Source: an uncultured candidate division Zixibacteria bacterium
Lineage (GTDB): Bacteria > Zixibacteria > MSB-5A5 > RBG-16-43-9
DNA: 64,000 bases
Direction of reading: 5' to 3'
Assembly (NCBI GenBank): GCA_963713865.1
Contig: OY970208.1
Location: forward strand, 928,001 to 992,000
Positions 58,998 to 64,000 of the stretch are shown one piece after another. The translations under genes and the position numbers were made by a program. The notes under the pieces are model-generated. The model saw only the letters and a list, made by a program, of their open reading frames with translations. It was not told the origin of the DNA and did not search any database. How positions within the stretch are numbered: the stretch's first letter is position 1; the number at the start of each line of letters is the position of its first letter.

Positions 58998-59193
58998 AAG
59001 TATACAGTAGACAATAGACAGGAAGTAGGGGTGCCCCCCCTGTGGTCGCCCAATTTTCTATGATATATCGGCATTAGGAAATACCGATGCCCATTGTTAG
59101 CTTCGAGAATTCTCCCCGTAGGAAACTTGAGACTATGCCCGAAACATCAATTAATCCTTTGTTTCCTTCCAGCTTTTTAGTAATATTAATATT

Positions 59194-60326
59194 ATGGTTA
59201 TAGGCATTTATATCCATATTCCTTTCTGCCTTTCCAAATGTCCCTATTGCGATTTCAACTCCATAGTCTATAACTCTGAGCTGGCAGATGAATACGTTAA
59301 ATCTCTTATAAAAGAAATTCAGCTCTTTTCCCAAAATCAAACTGAAAAGCTTATTGCAGAAACTATATTCTTTGGAGGGGGGACCCCTTCGGTTCTGAAA
59401 ACTTCTCAGCTCGGAGACATCTTAGAAAAGCTTTTCACTTCTTTTGGGACTCAAGCTGATTCAGAGGTTAGTTTAGAAGCCAATCCAGGGACTTTGACAA
59501 AGATAAAAACCAAAGAATTAAAAGGATTGGGTTTCAATCGGGTTAGTTTGGGGGCTCAATCGTTTATTGATAAAGAGTTAAAGACATTAAGGAGAGCCCA
59601 TACCAGCAAAGAGGCTATAAAATCATACAAAATTCTAAGAGATTTTTTTGAAAACTTAAGCTTAGATTTGATCTTCGGTATTCCGGGACAGAATTTAATG
59701 ACCTGGAGAAAAAGTTTGAATATGGCTCTTAAGCTTCATCCAGAACATCTCTCGGCTTATAGTCTAACCCTGGAAGAGGGAACCCCTTTCTATTTATTAT
59801 GGAAAGATAAAAAATTAAGTTTACCGGAGGAAGATTCAGTCGTAAAAATGTATCTGGAGGCTATAGGGTTACTTAAATCTTATGGATATAGACATTATGA
59901 GATTCAAATTTTGCTTTAAAGGGTTTTGAATGTCGTCATAATCTCAGGTACTGGGATGGGGCTGAATATATCGGTTTTGGTGCAGGCGCCCATTCTCATC
60001 AAAAGGGAGGAAGATGGGGGAACATCAAAGATATTAATAAATATATTGAGTGCTGCCTAAAGGGTGTTTCAATTAGGGATTTTAAAGAAAGGCTTTCCTC
60101 TACTCAAAAGATAAATGAATTTATCCTTCTGGGGTTAAGAAGAATGGAAGGAATAAACTTGAAAAAAATGAGAGCGAATTTGGATTTTGATCTTGAAAAG
60201 CAGAAAAGATTAGAGATTCGGGACTTGATGAAGGAAAAATTCCTGATCAAGGAAAAGGATAATCTAAGGCTTACACTGAAGGGGATTTTAGTGGCGGATT
60301 CAGTCATTCAAAAACTTAATATGTAA
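59194..60326 (+). CDS. hemW: Radical SAM heme chaperone HemW (HemN-like), frameshift at ~59903
   Basis: YIHIPFCLSKCPYCDF, FGGGTPS, EANP; adding one T restores HYEISNFA...CRHNLRYW...GFGAGAHS. Confidence 0.88.
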
Positions 60327-60327
60327 T

Positions 60328-60357
60328 AAAAAAAAGCCTCCACAGGAGGCTTTTTTT
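60328..60357. terminator. Bidirectional rho-independent terminator
   Basis: A8-GCCTCC-ACA-GGAGGC-T7 between convergent genes. Confidence 0.88.
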
Positions 60358-60379
60358 ATGTTTTTCCAAAAGTAAAATA

Positions 60380-61741
60380 TCAGGGCGCAGTGAAACAATC
60401 AGAATGGAATTTCAAGACCTTTCTTAAGCGGTCATATATAAAACTGTTGTTCAAGGCTGGATATCCAGGATAACCGGAATAGGTTTCAATGGTGATATTG
60501 CTGGCTGGGACTTTATCCACAAGTGCGAGGTAGAATGCTGCTGCCTGTCCCTCGAATCCGAACTCATCCTGCTCCCCACAATCGATATAAAATTTGAGCT
60601 TTTTTATGAGAGTATCACTCGAAGGGAGGTTCGCGATTCTGGTCTTCATATCGTTACTAAGCCATTTCTGCCAGATCACGGAGACTGTATCCCCCAAGGA
60701 ATCAAAGGGAAGGTTTACTCCTCTATCTGAAAAAAGCTCAAAGTTAGTGGTTGTGGGATCAGAAGGGTTATGGGGTGAAAAGGCAACGGCCATAGCGAAG
60801 AAAAGACAGCTCAACCGGTCTAACGTATTCGGGTCAGGATCGATCTGAGAATAACCCTTACCATCTTCATCTACTCCATTTGAATCCATAAATGCAGGTA
60901 TAAAGTCTAAAAGGGACTCAAAGTTCAAAGGTGCAGACATAGCGCTGGCTGAACCAAATACCAGAGGATAATCCGTAGCTATCCTCAATGCTCCATATCC
61001 GCCATTACCATGCCCGGAGATACCAAGATTTTGCTGGAATACGCCCTCTGAAATCTTTATTGAGGTATCCTTCCAGGTAACAACAATAGTGTCTATATCT
61101 ATATATACATGGGTAATTACTGTGTCAATACTGTCTGAGGGGCATGGTCTAGTGGGAACCAGGCAGGTAGTATCATTAATAATGGTTGTCTCTACACTGA
61201 CATAAGATGATTCTTTTTCGACTTCTATATAGCTTATTCCTCTTATCCATTGGCCATAGTTATACAGAATTTTATCCATCAAATCTTGAGTTATATAATC
61301 CTCATATTTCCCGCCGAAGTTAGTAGAGTCTGCAAGAACTGAATTGTTGAAGAAACTGCCTCCGAAGATACCAGCACCATCCGGCATGACGATCATCATT
61401 GGCTGGATCTCTCCTGAGGAGATCATCTGGTCAGCAACGGCTTTTACATTGTAGAAATGCTCATTACTCCATCCATTTTCCTTAAAGCCGTGCAGTAGAA
61501 ACAGCACCGGATATTTATATTTATTAGCTATCCCTTCTTGATAACCTGGAGGCAGGTAAACCAGAAGTGTTCTTCCAGTCGGATCATTCAAAACATTGGT
61601 TAGAGAGGAAGATTCAAAAGTGAACTCGAAAATTCCTCCATTATCAATTCCCATCCTGAGCGGATTTTTCCTCTGGCTACAACCTGAGATTATTAAGAGG
61701 AAAAGGAGGACTAAAAAGATTAGTTTAACTACTTTTCTCAT
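60380..61741 (-). CDS. Esterase-fold (alpha/beta hydrolase) lipoprotein with degenerate catalytic triad
   Basis: Lipobox ISGC; VYLPPGY, YPVLFLLHG, MIVMPD, GHGNGGYGA (Ser position is Gly), YIDCGEQDEF. Confidence 0.8.
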   Translation of the reverse strand: MRKVVKLIFLVLLFLLIISGCSQRKNPLRMGIDNGGIFEFTFESSSLTNVLNDPTGRTLLVYLPPGYQEGIANKYKYPVLFLLHGFKENGWSNEHFYNVKAVADQMISSGEIQPMMIVMPDGAGIFGGSFFNNSVLADSTNFGGKYEDYITQDLMDKILYNYGQWIRGISYIEVEKESSYVSVETTIINDTTCLVPTRPCPSDSIDTVITHVYIDIDTIVVTWKDTSIKISEGVFQQNLGISGHGNGGYGALRIATDYPLVFGSASAMSAPLNFESLLDFIPAFMDSNGVDEDGKGYSQIDPDPNTLDRLSCLFFAMAVAFSPHNPSDPTTTNFELFSDRGVNLPFDSLGDTVSVIWQKWLSNDMKTRIANLPSSDTLIKKLKFYIDCGEQDEFGFEGQAAAFYLALVDKVPASNITIETYSGYPGYPALNNSFIYDRLRKVLKFHSDCFTAP

Positions 61742-61755
61742 TTGAACTCTCCTCT

Positions 61756-63180
61756 TTAGAATTTATAGGTTAAGGTGAAATAGGAAGTATGGTTTCCATT
61801 CTCATATCTTCCAGGAAGATTAGTTTGAGAATAGGGGTTTGCATCTTCTGAAGGTTTCAGGAAATTCTGCTGGTAACCGGTGAATTCATAAGAGTATCCT
61901 AACTCAAAAGATTTAAACTTATAACCAACTCCAAGGGTAATACCATTTTTTTCTCCCGAATCGAAGAATAATGGAGTAAGTGTTTCATCCGGGATAGGAG
62001 TAGGGTTCAGGAAATAACCGCCTCTTAGAGCTAAGCTGGTATGAGGTCGATATTCCAAACCAAGGCTGAATCTGGTTACATCTTTCCACTTTAACGGAAT
62101 TGTATATTCTGTAACTTCGTTACCAAATGGGTCCTTCCCATTTTCCTCAAATTTAAGCTCTTTTAAAGTGGACCAGGTAGTAAAGTTTACATCACAAGTC
62201 AAGGTAAGATTAGCATAGGGCATATATGCAATTCCCACTCCAAAGTCTGCCGGGAGTTTAAGCTTAACATCAGAGTCAAGTATAGAGTTCAAAGTAGAAC
62301 CTCTCATATGATTTGCAGCAACTGGATCGATCCGCTGAATCGAATCTGCGGTTAGGGAATCATTGGGGAAATATACAGTAAGCTCTCTGGTTCCGGAAAG
62401 GTTTATAGTTATCGGACTTTTCATAGAAACACCAATCTGAAACTTAGGAGAAGCCTTAAACAATAAACCGATATTACCTCCAAATCCCCAGCCATCCCCT
62501 TCATACAGGTTGTCAACCGGGAAGAGATTATTCGGTGTGTTGTTATAGGGATAAGGGAAGTCTGTAGGGATTAAGTCTAACTTTTTTAAGGTTAAATCTC
62601 CTTTTTGGATACTTATTCCTGCACCAAGGGATAGTTTCCCTTCCATAAACTGCTTGGCTACACTGGGATGAAAGTCCAGAACAGTCAAGTCTACTTCGTG
62701 GTCGTATTCTGGATAAGGAACATTGTTATCATAGCCCCGTGGTGGATCATAAATGTCCCATTTATAACTGTTGCGGTAAGGGATATAGAAAGCCAGGCCG
62801 GTTATAAAACCGTTTAGTTCTGGAAATTTTAAAAAACCGCTGAAACTGGGCAAGAAGAAATTTTTGTCTTCTGGATACCATTTCATACCATTTTTGTAAC
62901 CAACTTCCCAGCCATTATAAGTAACATCCGGGGTAAATTTTGGTCTGGGGCTTAATATCATAAAAGAGAAATTAACCTCAGATTTTGTCTGGAAGGCAAG
63001 ACCAGCCGGATTCCAGTATGTGGCGCTCCAGTCATCCGCTAACCCGCGGAAAGCTCCTCCCAAGCTAAGTGCTTTTGCACCTATACCCGAAGGGGTTAGT
63101 CCAGATGAATATGTTTTTAAAGGATAGATAAGGAGGAATAACAGTAATACAGAAACAATCAGGTTTTTAATTCTCATCAT
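61756..63180 (-). CDS. OmpP1/FadL/TodX family outer-membrane transporter
   Basis: GAKALSLGGAFRGLADDWSATYWNPAGL, GWGFGGNIG, WSTLKEL, LRGGY, terminal YKF; AAGGAG RBS before ATG 63180/63177. Confidence 0.88.
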   Translation of the reverse strand: MMRIKNLIVSVLLLFLLIYPLKTYSSGLTPSGIGAKALSLGGAFRGLADDWSATYWNPAGLAFQTKSEVNFSFMILSPRPKFTPDVTYNGWEVGYKNGMKWYPEDKNFFLPSFSGFLKFPELNGFITGLAFYIPYRNSYKWDIYDPPRGYDNNVPYPEYDHEVDLTVLDFHPSVAKQFMEGKLSLGAGISIQKGDLTLKKLDLIPTDFPYPYNNTPNNLFPVDNLYEGDGWGFGGNIGLLFKASPKFQIGVSMKSPITINLSGTRELTVYFPNDSLTADSIQRIDPVAANHMRGSTLNSILDSDVKLKLPADFGVGIAYMPYANLTLTCDVNFTTWSTLKELKFEENGKDPFGNEVTEYTIPLKWKDVTRFSLGLEYRPHTSLALRGGYFLNPTPIPDETLTPLFFDSGEKNGITLGVGYKFKSFELGYSYEFTGYQQNFLKPSEDANPYSQTNLPGRYENGNHTSYFTLTYKF

Positions 63181-63594
63181 CTGCTCCTTGAATTTAAAGG
63201 TTAAATATAAAAGTATTAGCAAAAAAATTAAAAAGCTTCCACCTCCTTTTAATATGACCAAAAAGACCTTATTTTTATTCTTTCTCCTACAACAAAAAAC
63301 TTTTAAGTCTTGAAATTACAACATAACCTTTTTTTTGTCAACTATTTTTTTGGGAATTATTTACAAAATAAAAAAAAGAGGAAAAGTAAAATATTGAGAC
63401 TCTTGAGAAATTATATAGAAAAACAAGTATGCGGTCTTAAATCTCAGTAGTCGAATTTAAAAATAGCTTCAAGAGATTAAGATTATTTTTAATATAAATG
63501 ATAGCATAAAATTTTACATCATATAGACTTACAATAATTAGAGATATAACCTTATTATTTGTTAATAAAATATTTACAAATTTCAATTTTTTAC

Positions 63595-63624
63595 TTGACA
63601 GTTTATATTATTTTATGTTAATAT
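63595..63624 (+). promoter_or_regulatory. Putative sigma70 promoter
   Basis: TTGACA, then TGn-TAATAT extended -10. Confidence 0.4.
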
Positions 63625-63916
63625 AAGAAAGATAAAATTCAAATTACTGGAAAAACAGATGAAAAGTCTAACTTTTTCTCCGGGTTATAAATTGAATTTA
63701 GGTCTTTTTTCCTAAGTATTTGAAAATTTCATCCCGTTCAGACGGGATGATGAATGGTTGGCTTACTCCTTCATTGAAAGTTAAAAACCAATTTTTTGTT
63801 AGAAAAATTGGAAAGGGTAACTTTTTGTCTTTTCAAAAAACTTTTGGGGATGATTATTCTCCTTATAAATGATGTAAAACAGTATTAAAAATCTTTAATC
63901 TTAAAAGGAGACAGAA

Positions 63917-64000
63917 ATGATCAAGAAACTGATTATATTGGGAATTTTACTATTAGTCAGTGTACCTGCTTTTGGTCAACATCTTGACACTGCCTGGGTG
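63917..64000 (+). CDS. Start of a secreted protein (partial; likely beta-propeller repeat protein)
   Basis: AAGGAG RBS; MIKKLIILGILLLVSVPAFGQHLDTAWV runs off the window. Confidence 0.7.
   Translation, partial: MIKKLIILGILLLVSVPAFGQHLDTAWV

Noticed and set aside
63625-63916. Riboswitch in the long leader of the last gene
   Set aside because: Only one hairpin (CATCCCGT-TCAG-ACGGGATG); I could not match any known riboswitch consensus by eye.

Overview
This is a low-GC bacterial chromosome segment. Secreted proteins ending in GDxNxDxxVxxxDIVYLINYLFKGGPAP dockerin-type repeats, a 'DTAWV' propeller start, FadL and SurA suggest a diderm of candidate division Zixibacteria (inference). Contents in order: (1) the end of a surface-polysaccharide locus (glycosyltransferases, Wzx, deacetylase, GNATs) led by an ACP / acyl-AMP ligase / NadE-like / amidotransferase module; (2) an M28-fold protein missing Zn ligands, a lipoprotein and an RRE-M50-HlyD fusion; (3) a secreted-protein operon behind a promoter with a poly-G spacer (MepA-like endopeptidase, two beta-propellers, NHL-FlgD-dockerin protein); (4) a polyamine cluster (pdaD, DHS-like, speB), mfd, three parvulin PPIases and an S4 protein; (5) the most notable locus, where a small secreted protein gene is translationally coupled to a TPR-sigma54 activator, followed by ATTTCA-N4-TGAAAT palindromes, a -24/-12 promoter and an operon of three paralogous exported proteins plus a dockerin-bearing metalloprotease, which resembles a peptide-sensing (RRNPP-like) sigma54 circuit; (6) two-component genes, acs-ACP-kbl, tRNA-Lys, suhB-lepA-lepB-hemW, and a FadL gene with an esterase-fold lipoprotein lacking its catalytic residues. 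Intergenic regions carry many REP-like palindromes, including a nested element. Several single-base frameshifts are probably assembly errors. No CRISPR array, rRNA, reverse transcriptase or intact transposase was seen.
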